Source of the DNA: the human T2T-CHM13v2.0 reference genome, Homo sapiens
Assembly: GCF_009914755.1 (NCBI RefSeq)
Contig: NC_060927.1
DNA: 64,000 bases
Strand: one strand, 5' to 3'
The notes below the pieces were generated by a model that saw nothing but the letters and a program-made list of their open reading frames with translations, did no database searches and was not told where the DNA came from. Within the stretch, counting starts at the first letter, position 1. Each line of letters opens with the position of its first letter. A program made the translations under genes and the position numbers. Below, piece by piece: positions 29,170 to 42,140 of the stretch.

Positions 29170-32100
29170 TTAAAAGAAATCATAAAGATCAGAGTAGATA
29201 TAAGTAAAATTGAAACAAAAAAAAAATACAAAAGCCTGGCAAAAGGAAAAGCTAAATTTTTTTAAAAGATAAAATCAGCAAACTTTTACCTAGACTAAGA
29301 CATAGCAAAGACTTGAAACCAACCCAAATGCCCCTCAAAGATAGACCGGATAACAGAAATGTGGCACATATATACCATGCAATACTATGCAGCCATATAA
29401 AAGGATGAGTTCATGTCCTTTGCAGGGACATGGATGAACCTGGAAACCATCATTCTCACCAAACTTGCACAGGAACAGAAAACCAAACACCATATGTCTC
29501 GCTCATAAGTGGGAGATGAACAATGAGAACATGTGGACACAGAGAGGGGAATATCACACATTGGGGCCTGTTGGGAGGTGGGAGGCTACGGTAGGGATAG
29601 CATTAGGAGAAATACCTAATGTAGATGACGGGTTGATCACCATGGCATGTGTATACCTATGTAAAAAACCTGCATATTCTGCACACGTACCCCAGAACTT
29701 AAAGTATAATAATAATAAAAAAAAGAAATGGAAAAACCTAGAAGAAATTGATAAATTCTTAGACACATACAAGCTACCAAGATTGAACCATGAAGAAATT
29801 CAAAATTTCACTAGACCAATAGCAAGTAACAAAATTGATATTGTAACAAAAAGTCTCTTAGTAAAGAAAAGCCCAGGACCCAATGGCTACACTGCTGAAT
29901 TTTACCAAACATTCAAAGAACTAATACCAGGCTTACTTGAAAACTATTCCAGAAAATAGAAGAGAAAGAGGTACTGTTAAACTCATTCTACAAGGCCAGT
30001 ATTATCCTGATACCAAAAACACACACCTCAAAAACCAACCAAACAAGCAAATTAAAGGCCAATATTTCCAATGAATATTGTTGCAAGAATCCTCCAAAAA
30101 CTACTAGCAAACTGAATTCCAGGAGACATTCATCATGACTAAGTGGAATTTATCATAGAATGCAAGAATAGTTCAACATATGCAAATCAACCTGTGATAC
30201 ATTATAATAACAAAATGAAGGACAAAAAACATATGATTGTTTCAATTGATACTGGAAAAGCATGGAATAAAATTCAACATCCTTTCATGATAAAAACCCT
30301 CAATAAACTGGGAATAGAAGCAACATGCCTCAACACAATAAAACCCATATATGACAGACCCACAACTACTATCACAGTGAATGAAGAAAAGCTGTATGTC
30401 TAGCATCTAAGATATGAAACATGACAAGGATGCCACTTTCACCACCATTATTCAATAGTATTGGGAGTTTTAGCTAGAACAATCCAAGTGAAATAAACAA
30501 AGGGCATCCAAATTGTAAAGGATGATGGCAAATTATTTTTTGTTCACAGATAATATAATCTTATATTTGTAAAAACCTAAGGACTCCACCAAAACATTAT
30601 TAGATTTCATAAGCAAATTCAGTAAATTTGCAGGATACAAAATCAGCATATGAAAATTGATAACATTTCTATATGCCCACAGCAAACAACCTGGAAATGA
30701 AATCAAGAAATTAATTACAATTAAAAACTACAAATAATACAAAATACCTAGAAATCAATGAAGTAAAGGATTACAAAGAAAACTACAAAACCCTGATGTA
30801 ATAAATTGGAGAAAACACACACACAAAGGAAAAATAATCCATGCACATGGATTAGAATAATCAATATTGTTAAAATGCCCATCCCACCCAAAGCAATCTA
30901 CAGATCCAGTACATTCCCTATCAAAATAGCAAAGACATTCTTCACAGAAAAGAAATTCCAAGATTTATGTGGAACCACAAAAGAGACAGAATAGTGCAAG
31001 CCATCTTGAGTGGAAAAAAAATAAAAGAAAAAAAAACTGGAAGCATCACATTACCTGACTTCAAATTGTACTACAGAGCTATAGTTACCAAAACAGCATA
31101 GTAATGGCATAAAAACAGACACCTAGACCAATGGAACAAAAGAGAGATCCCATGAATAAATCCATACATCTACAGTGAACATTTCTGACAAAGATACCAA
31201 GAATATACATTGGGCCAAGAATTTATTGAAGAAAGACAGTTTCTTCAATAAATTGTTTTGGGGAACTGGATGTTTATATGCAAAAGCATGAAACTAGAAT
31301 CCTATCTCTCACTCTATTAAAAATCAAATAAAAACGGATTAAGGACTTAAATCTAAATTTAAGGACTTAAATCTAAAACCTCAAATTTTGAAACTACTAA
31401 AAGAGGACATTGAGGAAACTCTGCAGGACATTGGTCTGGGTGAAGATTTCTTGATTATACCCTAGAAGCAAAGGCAACAAAAGCAAAAATGGACAATCAC
31501 ATCACATCAGGCTAAAAAGCTTCTGCACAGAGAGGAAACAATCAAAAAAGTGAAGAGACAACCCAGATAATAGGAGAAAATATTTGCAAACTACCCATCT
31601 GAAAAGGGATAAATAACCTGAATATATAAGGAGCTTAAACAACTCAATAAGAAAAAATCTAATAATCTGATTTAAAATGGGCAAAAGATTTAAATACACA
31701 TTCCTCAAAAGCAAAGAAGACATACAAATAGCAAACAGGCATATGAAAAGGTGCTCAATATCATTGATCATCAGAGAAATGCAAAACAAAACTACAATGG
31801 GGTATTATCTCACCCTAAAGTGACCTTTATCCAAAAGACAGGCAACAATGAATGCTAGTGAGGTTGTAGAGAAAGGGGAAACCTCGTACACCATTGGTGG
31901 GAATGTAAATTAGTACAGCCACTATGGAGAATAGTATGGAGGTTCCCCAATAAACTAAAAATAGATCTACCATATGAGCCAGAAATTCCACTCAGCATAT
32001 CCAAGAGATAACTGCACTTACGTTTTTATTGCAGCGTTGTTTACGATAGCTAAGATTTGGAAGCAATCTAAGTGTCCATTAACAGATGAATGGATAAAAA

Positions 32101-32635
32101 AAAATGTGGTACATATACACAGTGGAGAACTTTTCAGCCATTAAAAGAATGAAATTCAGTCATTTACAATAACATGGATGGAACTGGAGATCATTATGTA
32201 AGGCACAGTAAGCAAGGCACAGAAAAACACATTTTGCACGTTCTCATTCATTTGTTGTATCTAAAACTTTAAACAGTTTAACTCATGGAGATAGAGAGTA
32301 GAATGATGGTTACCAGAGGCTGAGAAGGGTAGTGAGATGCAGGGGATGTAGAGATGGTTAATAACTACAAAAAATAGTTAGAATGAATAGGATCTACTAT
32401 TTGATAGCATAACAGGGAGGTTACAGTCAACCATCATTTATTATACATGTAAAAATAATGTAAAACCCGTAAAGGAATGCTCTTAACACAAAGAAATGAT
32501 AATGTTTGAGGCAATCCATACCCCATCAACCCTGCTGTGATTATTATGCATTATATGCTTGTATCAAAATATCTCATGTACCTCATAAATATATGCACCT
32601 ACTATGTACCCATAAAAGTTAAAAATTTTAAAAAT
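29170..32635 (+). mobile_element. 5'-truncated L1MA2/3-like element
   Basis: ORF2 remnants (NLEEIDKFLDTYKLPRLN, KKSPGPNGYTAEFYQTFKE, KIQHPFMIKTLNKLG) and L1MA 3'UTR ending CTATGTACCCATAAAAGTTAAAAA. Confidence 0.9.
29301..29724 (+). mobile_element. L1PA7/8-like 3' stub nested in the L1MA
   Basis: L1PA ORF2 end and 3'UTR (GGGATAGCATTAGGAGAAATACCTAATGTAGATGAC) with A-tail. Confidence 0.9.
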
Positions 32636-33444
32636 ACTAGGAATTTTGCCAGGTTACCTCTAGTCTTCAGATTAACATAACAAAGTAAATAATTTTACTA
32701 CCATTCTGAAATGAGGAAACAAAAGTTTTTGAAGTCATATGTCTAGGGACATTTGGCCATTTTGCCTGACTTTTTATCTACACTTTCAGAAGAGTGAATT
32801 GGTTGAATTCATTGCACTTTCTTTTTATCTTCAGAATTCAAGTCATTTGCTTTTCTTCTTATCATGTTACTGAAAATTAGCAAGGTGCCCAGGTCTGCAA
32901 AATTCCTAGGATGCTATAAGAACATCAGAAGGCATCAAGGAACAAATCAAATTTGATCATGTCTCCTTGGGTTCCTAATTTTTCAATAGATTATAAATTC
33001 CTTGGGAGTAGAGAATGCGTTCCTCACTTTGTTGCATAACTATAGCACCTTGTCCAGAGTAACTGTTAAGGAAAAAAAAAATAAAAAAAACTGTTGATGA
33101 TTGATTGTTTGTAGCCATAGTTGTTTACCAGAGGCTTATATAACTTCTTTAGCTTCTTACTTCTGTTCTTTAAAGCAGAGAATTTTGCCCTTTTTTTTTG
33201 CTTCCTGTTGACATCTCAGAAAGGATTCACCTGTGTGTCACTTCCCGTGGCCATTTCTGATAGTGGTAACCAATTCTATTTTTCCTACTCCTGAAAGCAT
33301 ATTAGACTGTCAGTAAGATAGACTGACATTTTTATACCAATTAACTCAGAACTATTTCCATTGATATTTTCTGTATTATTTTCATTTTTATAACTGTAAC
33401 AAATTACCTCTGACTCACCTCATAGTGACTGAAGGTCCTGCGGT

Positions 33445-33515
33445 CTAGGCCAATGGTTGAGCACCATGTGTCCGAAAGTTTGGGTTTAATGCCAGTGGGA
33501 ATCCGTTAACTTCAA
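33445..33515 (+). mobile_element. Probable MamSINE1 head
   Basis: A-box-like AGGCCAATGGTTGAGC, B-box-like GGGTTTAATGCC, then GGGAATCCGTTAACTTC. Confidence 0.4.
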
Positions 33516-35516
33516 TGATGGTGTGGCTTCATCCCCATATTCCTACAATCCAAAGGTGGGGGTTTCTTTACAATCTTCCCGCAAAATTGAAGACCTCTCT
33601 TGAGAATTGTGTTTCTGTATCTAAACCATGAATGAGTCCCTGCTATTTATTTCCACAAATGTTAATGCTGTTACTTATATCTTTCTTTCTGCGTTTTGCC
33701 TTTTCGGCTCTTAGACTCTACATAGGTATACCTTTCTAACCTTCTGAGATATCCTTTTTATGTTGGACTTAATTAATGTTGTCTGTTCACATTTCAAAAA
33801 TGCAAACTCATTTCATTCTTCAGAAGCCATAACTACTTAGGTTTCTTAACCTACAGGTTTGTGTCTCTTCCACATCTAACTCCCCAGCCCCCACACACAT
33901 TCCTGCCTCTCTCTCTCTCTCTCCCTCTTCTATTCCCATTTGTGATGTGGTATATAAGTTATGACTGTATTTTCTAGTCTTATCTTGACCTCTTACTTCT
34001 CAAATTTTGGGGAAAAAGCAACCTAAAGTACACCTTCAGTAATAAGATTATTACGGTGATCATGGTGTATATATCAGAATTTTTTGCCACAATATAACAG
34101 AATATTTTCTAAATGTATGCTTTTTACAGTACATTAGGAAATTATTTTTTAAAGAGATAGAGATATCTTTAGTGTATTTTTTTTTGGTGGTAAGAAGGAA
34201 CAAACACTGTTTTGCAAAATTATATTTCAGAGCACAAATTAAAGATTTATTCCATGGACAAATAAACCACCTGCCCCTGCATACTTTATGGGAATGTTTT
34301 ACATTTTCCAATTCCTTATTTTACACACTCATTAATAACACAGAACATGTGCAGTTTGCATTAAGCATTTTCATAAGCATGAAATATTCAGTTTCTGCAG
34401 TGTTGAGTCAACATACCCAATATAATTATGAACACCAACCTCTGCAAGAAGTTCAGATATGAGTATGTGTGTATGTGTGCTTATATATATATACTTATTT
34501 ATATAAATACGTATACATACATATATATAAATATTACGCACATTATGAAAGCCATATACTTTTTCATTGTTTCTTTTGTTGTTATCGCAATGTCTATTGT
34601 TTAAAAGGTGAAAAGTTAGGAAATGGTGCTAAATTTTGAAAATCATTGCTTTCTTTTTTATATAACACTACGCTGAATATTAATGATGATTATTCACAAA
34701 TCTCATTTTTATTAATATTCTGAAATTTATTATAAAATACCTTTTGGATAATTTCAAAGCATGGCATGTTCTCTATAGTTTAACTTGGTTTTTAACCTTT
34801 AAAATGCACCTGTATCATTAGGTTGGTCAAGTGTTCTTTGAAATTACACTTTTGGTTTTTACTTTAGACGGCTATTTGTAAATAACAAATAGAGAAGAAT
34901 TATGCATACAAATATATTACCAGATAAAATAAATACGCCAAATATAATTGAGGCAATTCTGTCTCTATTCAGTCTCTGCTGTTTGAACACAATAACTCAG
35001 TGAGATTTCACCCCCAATTACTCTTCAACAGTTTTCTGTGAATGAGATGCTTTTTGAAATCGTTATAAAGAAACAAGCACATAATGAGCCGCAACTCCCT
35101 ATAAAAACCTGGCCAGAATGCTACAAAAAAATTTTTGTCAAACTATTGATATTTTAACAAGGGTATGTTAGGACTTTCATTTTCAAGGATTTTTAGTAAA
35201 TAAATATAAGGACTTCAATTAAGGATAATTTTTACTTTTGTTTATAACGGCTAGTTAATACTCTTAAGTTTGATGTGAAAGGCTTCATCAGTACTGTCCT
35301 TGTCATTGTAATGCACCTACTTCCTGGCCCTACCACAAAACTTCCATGAATGTGATGTCTGTTTGGTTGCCTCCCTTAGAGTGGTTGGCAGTCAACCTCT
35401 AAGATATCTGTAAAAAATATTTGACATTAGTCTGGAAAGTTTCTGCTGTCAAAAGCAGTGGGAGCATATTGGATGTGCTACACTGTCCAATGATATGTCT
35501 TTTAAAAGTATTTTAA

Positions 35517-35840
<324 letters not shown>

Positions 35841-35861
35841 TATATATATATATACATACAC

Positions 35862-35916
<55 letters not shown>

Positions 35917-35958
35917 CACATACATATATATATATACACATACATATATATATATATA
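35841..35958. repeat. Compound (TA)n/(CA)n microsatellite derived from an L1 tail
   Basis: Read directly; lies between the Alu head and the L1 3' end. Confidence 0.92.
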
Positions 35959-36242
35959 CTTTAAGTTCTAGGGTACATGTGCACAACCTGCAGGTTTGTT
36001 ACATATGTATACATGTGCCATGTTGGTGTGCTGCACCCATTAACTCGTCATTTACATTAGGTATATCTCCTAATACTATCCCTCCCCGCTACCCCCACCC
36101 CACAACAGGCCCCAGTGTGTGATGTTCCCCTTCCTGTGTCCAAGTGTTCTCATTGTTCAATTCCCACCTATGAGTGAGAACATGCGGTGTTTGGTTTTTT
36201 GTCCTTGCAATAGTTTGCTGAGAATGATAGTTTCCAGCTTCA
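35959..36242 (-). mobile_element. L1PA (about PA4-6) 3' stub
   Basis: CTTTAAGTTCTAGGGTACATGTGCACAAC...TTTCCAGCTTCA. Confidence 0.92.
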
Positions 36243-36889
36243 ACTGATGAGTTCACTGCTACTTTTGACAGTGGTTTAATTTTTAGTAAAAGTACCACTA
36301 AAGGTGTTTGTTTTTCAAACTCAGATTTGTCTAATCTATTTCTCTTTTTCAATTTGTTTCAATAATCTGTTTCATTTTAATGTCCAATTTTCATTAATAT
36401 TTTAACTGAAATATGTGTGTCCTTATGTGTGTGTATGCATATGTGAATATATATTTATAATATTGAGCTCAAAAACTAAGTATGTCCTAATTCATCAGAA
36501 TCCGAAACTAAATGTCAAAAGATTAATCTCTACAGAATATGCAACATAAAATATTTATATGCTGTGTGAGTATATGAAAATACAAAGTGTTTTAGAAGTC
36601 AAAGTTTTCCTTAATAAAATATCTCTAAGAGATACATACCAAAAAATTAACATTTGAACAAAGTGAACATAGCACCCAATTGCAGCCAAATCAGTAGGAG
36701 AAACATTTCTTGGAAAAACAGTAATACTTCCTTCCATCAGTGAGTACAGGGCTAAGCAGACGGGGAACTGAATACCTGGTTAATAGATAAGGAGGATGGT
36801 GGCAGAGGTGACTGAGGTTTCAGTGGAAGATGGTGGAATATGATGAAATGTTTCAAATGAAAATTTGGATAGTATAGATTTTAAAATAG

Positions 36890-38023
36890 GGACTGCCGTC
36901 TCTGGTCATAATGGAGCAGCTTGTCTTAGACTAGCTCTACGCCTGAAAATAACTTTAAAACTAAACAAAATGCGTAAAATAATTTTTAGAGTTGCACATC
37001 AGGAAGGACTGTGGCTCTTGAGAGGCAGAAGTAGAGAGTTAAGCACGTCTTAGACGCATTTTCTTAACTGCAGCAAAGGCAGGGGATTGCAGTGAATAGA
37101 GGTCTCACTGAGCTGACAAGACGGAAATTAAGAGTTCAGAGTCACTCTAACTCTGTGGATGGAAATGTAGGGCAGAACACCTCATAGATAAGAATTACGC
37201 AGAGAAGGAGCTCCAGAAATCTTCATGATACTGTAAAATTTTTTGCTAAAAACTGAAGGGTACATTCAAAGCTCAAGGCATTGTGCTGGCAAAGTACAAC
37301 TACTGGGAAAAAAATAACTGCTAGCTTTCTGTGATCTTAACAGTTACGGAACCTCATCCAGCACTAGAAAAAGTATGATTTCTGACCTGTCCTACTGAAT
37401 AAACCTCATTGAAATCACCAGGCATTCAGGAAAGAACCTAGAAAGAAATATTTTGGTAGGCCTGATCTGATCCCCAAATGGCAACACTAGATCTGCTGTA
37501 ACACAGCTAAAATAAAAGAACCCCCCCCAAAAAAAATTGCTTCTTTACCAAAGTAACTGGTGTCCAGAACAAAACTAAATACTGTATTAACTAAAGAAAA
37601 CACAATTCCATCTCAACAATGTTAAGTCCATAATTTGCAGCATACAGTAAAGAATAAAATTTTACTAAGTATGCCGATAAGCAGGAAAATGTGCCTCGTT
37701 ACCAGGTGTAAGAACAGGCCAATAAAAGCAGACTAGGAAACAACAAAAATAATAAATTTAGCAAAAGCATTGAGTTTAAAAGAACTATTAGACATATCTT
37801 CAAAAATTTAAAATAAAACTTTAATATAATGAATGAGCAAATAGGAAGGTTTAGATCTGTTATTAGAACCAACAAGAAAGAACTAAATGGCAATTCCAGA
37901 AATGTATAAAGCAATGACAAACAAAATCTCACTGAATATTGTAACAGCATATTAGGCTTTTCAAAATTCCGACTACCAAAGTGAGTTTTGTAAATCTTGC
38001 AATAAAAGTTACCCAAACTGTAG

Positions 38024-38064
<41 letters not shown>

Positions 38065-38260
38065 GCTGAAAAAGAAAATTAGTTTAGGTTTACTACTTAG
38101 ATATTAAATACAAAAAGATATAAATCATACCCTCACAAAACCATGAACGAATCAGTTGCCAAAATAATTATCAGCAGCTACACCACCGATTTCAGGAGAT
38201 CTTTGTATGAAGGCAAACAAAGCAAGGTCCTACCAAACATACTATTACACTGAAGAAAAT
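36890..38260 (+). mobile_element. Ancient L1M (ME/MD-like) 5'UTR and ORF1 relic
   Basis: A-rich ORF1-like text (GAACTAAATGGCAATTCCAGAAATGTATAAA) and an L1M-like 5' start; very diverged. Confidence 0.5.
38023..38063. repeat. (GC)4(AC)16 alternating purine-pyrimidine microsatellite
   Basis: Read directly. Confidence 0.95.
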
Positions 38261-38261
38261 A

Positions 38262-38400
38262 AGGCAGACTAGAGTCTGATTCCTTTGGTTCAAATCCCAG
38301 CACAGACAGTTACCAATGGTGTAACTTTGGGCTACTTATTTATACCTCTCTTAGCCCCAATTTATCATCTGTAGATTGGGAATAATAATGGTATCTATTT
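38262..38400 (+). mobile_element. MIR
   Basis: GGTTCAAATCCCAGC ... TCATCTGTAGATTGGGAATAATAATGGTATCT. Confidence 0.75.
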
Positions 38401-38402
38401 AG

Positions 38403-38888
38403 CCAGTTTCCTGAGTCAGGAGTATGAGAGTGGGTTCACTTGGTTATCTGCTCAGGGTCTTATAAGGCAGAAAAAAGCATGATAGCCATACTGCATTTTC
38501 ATTTGGAGTTTGGGGTTCTCTTCCAAAATCTTTGGGGTAATTGACAGATTTTTTTGAAGTTGTAGTTACAGAGATCTCTGTTTTGCCAGTTGGCTGCTCA
38601 GCTACAGGTCAGTGTCAGCTTCTAAGGGCCTGTGGCTCATAGGCCTACTCAAAACCTGATGGTTTACTTCTCCTTTCATACCAGGAGGATAATTTCTCTG
38701 ATGCTTTCTCTTCCTTTAAGAGCTCACCTGATTAGGTCATGCCTACCAAGGCAATTTTTCTTTTGATTCACTTAAACCTAACTGATTAGTAAGCTAATCA
38801 TGGGAGTGATATCAAATCTTATTCAATGGTCATACTCCAGTCAAGGGGAGGGTTTACTAAGGGTCATCTTAGAATCGTGGCTACCACA
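38403..38888 (-). mobile_element. MLT1F-like MaLR LTR (partial)
   Basis: Ends GGGTCATCTTAGAATCGTGGCTACCACA, the reverse complement of the MLT1F-type start TGTGGTAG...TTCTAAGATG. Confidence 0.7.
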
Positions 38889-39110
38889 TTTAGACATGTT
38901 GGGAAGAGAGAAGAGCTGAATAGTTGATCATCTTAGCTTTCCAAATTACCTTTCTCTTCTCTACATTTTTATGATATATTCAAATAACATGGCAAGTTAC
39001 AGGTCCAGCAATCTATTTTTATCTGACATGGTATTATTTCTCTCTAAGAAAACAAACTCACAAACAAACAAAACCCCCCACAAAATCAATAGGCAATAAA
39101 CAAAGCAAAC

Positions 39111-39436
39111 TGGGGGCCATTATTCTAAGTAAAATAATGCAGGAATAAAAAATCAAATACCACATGTTCTCACTTATAAGAGGGAGCTAAACATTGGATA
39201 ATCCTGGACATAAAGATGGCGACAATAGACCCTGGGGATTACTAGAGGGGTGAAAAAGAAAGAGAGGGAAGGTTTGAAAAACTATTGGGTGCTATGCTCA
39301 CTACCTGGGTGATGAAATCATCCATACCCCAAAGCTCAGCATCACACAGCATACAAACCTGCACGCGTGTGACAAACCTGCACACGTACCCCCGAATCTA
39401 AAATAAAGTTTAATTTATTTAAAAAAATACACACAC
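39111..39436 (+). mobile_element. L1PA15/16-like 3' stub with 11-bp TSD
   Basis: 3'UTR GCTCACTACCTGGGTGA...GAATCTAAAATAAA; ACAAAGCAAAC at 39100-39110 and 39437-39447. Confidence 0.85.
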
Positions 39437-41095
39437 ACAAAGCAAACCAAATAAATTCTTGTGATATTTTCAGCCTCTAAATACAACTAATACATTCTAA
39501 GTAGAAATCTGCATCTCCATTCACAATGTTCTAATTTGAGTTCATCTTAGAAAGTCTATCACACACACACCGCCTCCTTCACATCTCTCTTGACTTCTCC
39601 ATCCGCAGATAAATTAAAGACAGAGACATACAAAGGCAAGTTCTTCAAAACCTGGTGTAATTATCTTACTTTCATAACAGACTTGCATAACCTTCTGATT
39701 ATGCTAACATCTCCGTTCCCTATCAAACTCACAATTGAGCTTTTGAACTTTTAATTTGTAAGTATATTGTGAGCACAGATATTTTTGTCTATTAATATAT
39801 TTACTCTTGAAAATATTATAATTTTTCACATTAGGCTATATTTTGTGGTTGGCCTAATTCATTTTGTTTGGTCAGTTTTTAACCTTTTTCTTGTGTTGTT
39901 ACTCCTATATCTTGATGTGGAAAAAAGAAAAATCCAATACATTTATATGTTTATGTTCATAGTTATTGCACACATTTTTAACAGGTCTTGGAGCACCACA
40001 GTTGGGAAAATACCATAACACTACTGGGCTATTTTATGAAGCAATAATCTTATTGCTTACAAGTGAATTCGATTACAGTCTTACAAAACTACAGAAGAAA
40101 TGCTATTACCTTACAAACATTTTTTGGTTGATCTTTTATTTATTTTTAAATTATGTCCAGTAAATATATAGTTATAAATCAAAGCTCTTCAGGTGCAGTC
40201 TAACTGAAAATGAAATTAAAAAGTCATAAAATGAAAATACCCGCTGATCTGTGTGTCTTGAAATTTCCCCAAATTACTACTATTGAACTTTATTTGACTG
40301 ACATAGAATATATGTGTGCCTCCTTGTTATTAAATGATATTTTATGAAAAGTCTGTAATATAAATACTAAATTTAAAACATCAAATCATCAATGATATAT
40401 TTAGCTAATGTTTCTAAAGTGATAATTTTATTTCTTGAATCATTGTTTTATACCTTCAACCTTTTGTATGGTCAAGGATGCTTTAATTTTAGGGTACATA
40501 AGTCAATGTCATTGGATCTCAAGCTTCTTTTCTCTATCTTTAATTTAAATCTCATCTGATTAAGAAACAAAAACAAACAAAAAGCCAAACTGATAGGAAT
40601 TGAATACTTGTTACTTGCAATGAACTAACTATAGCATGCAATCTTTCCAATTAGGTATAGTATAGATGCAGAACACATAAGTGGGCAATAGCTGTTTTGT
40701 TTTGCTTTTGGAAACATTCTTCTCCAAAGAGTATTTATATGATTAAACATATCAAACATTATTAATTTAATTAGATATCATTAGGGATCAAATAGATAGG
40801 AATTCTAGATTTCTTTCTAATTCAGGAGATTTATAATGTAAAAAATAATAATTTTGAGATCCTTCTAGCATAATACTTTTTAGATGCTCTTTGATTTAAA
40901 AACTGCAACATAGTTTTTATTTTTCTTTAAATAACCTCCCTTACTGAAATCAACTTTTAATATTTTATTTTCTATTTACCACTTATAGACATTTTCATAA
41001 TAGCCCGTGGCTTCCTGCATCTTTCTACCTAACCGCATTCTCTAGCTGCATAATCATCTTCAGCTGTGCTGAGCAGAGAACTTGGTGGTCTAGAA

Positions 41096-41314
41096 TAGGA
41101 GTTGGCGTACTGTGGCTCTCAGGCCAACTTGAGCTTACAACCTGTTTTCGTAAATAAGGTTTTATTGAAACACAGACACAGTTATCTGCTAACATATCAT
41201 CTATAGATGCCTTCATGTTACAAGGGTTGTGCTGTTGTGACAGACATCCTATGTCGTGCAAAGTCTAAAATATTTACTATCTGGTCCTTCACAGAAAAAT
41301 TCTGCTGACCACTA
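41096..41314. mobile_element. MER58A (hAT-Charlie) with 8-bp TSD
   Basis: GTAAATAAGGTTTTATTGAAACACAG and AAAATATTTACTATCTGGTCCTTCACAGAAAA; GTCTAGAA (41088-41095) / ATCTAGAA (41315-41322). Confidence 0.88.
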
Positions 41315-41389
41315 ATCTAGAAGCTAAACTTATCCATACAGAAACAATACATAAATTCTTTATTCCACACCACAGGGAGAACCTTTTAA

Positions 41390-42140
<751 letters not shown>

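Noticed and set aside
33445-33515. tRNA gene
   Set aside because: A and B boxes are degenerate and no cloverleaf is evident; better explained as a SINE head.
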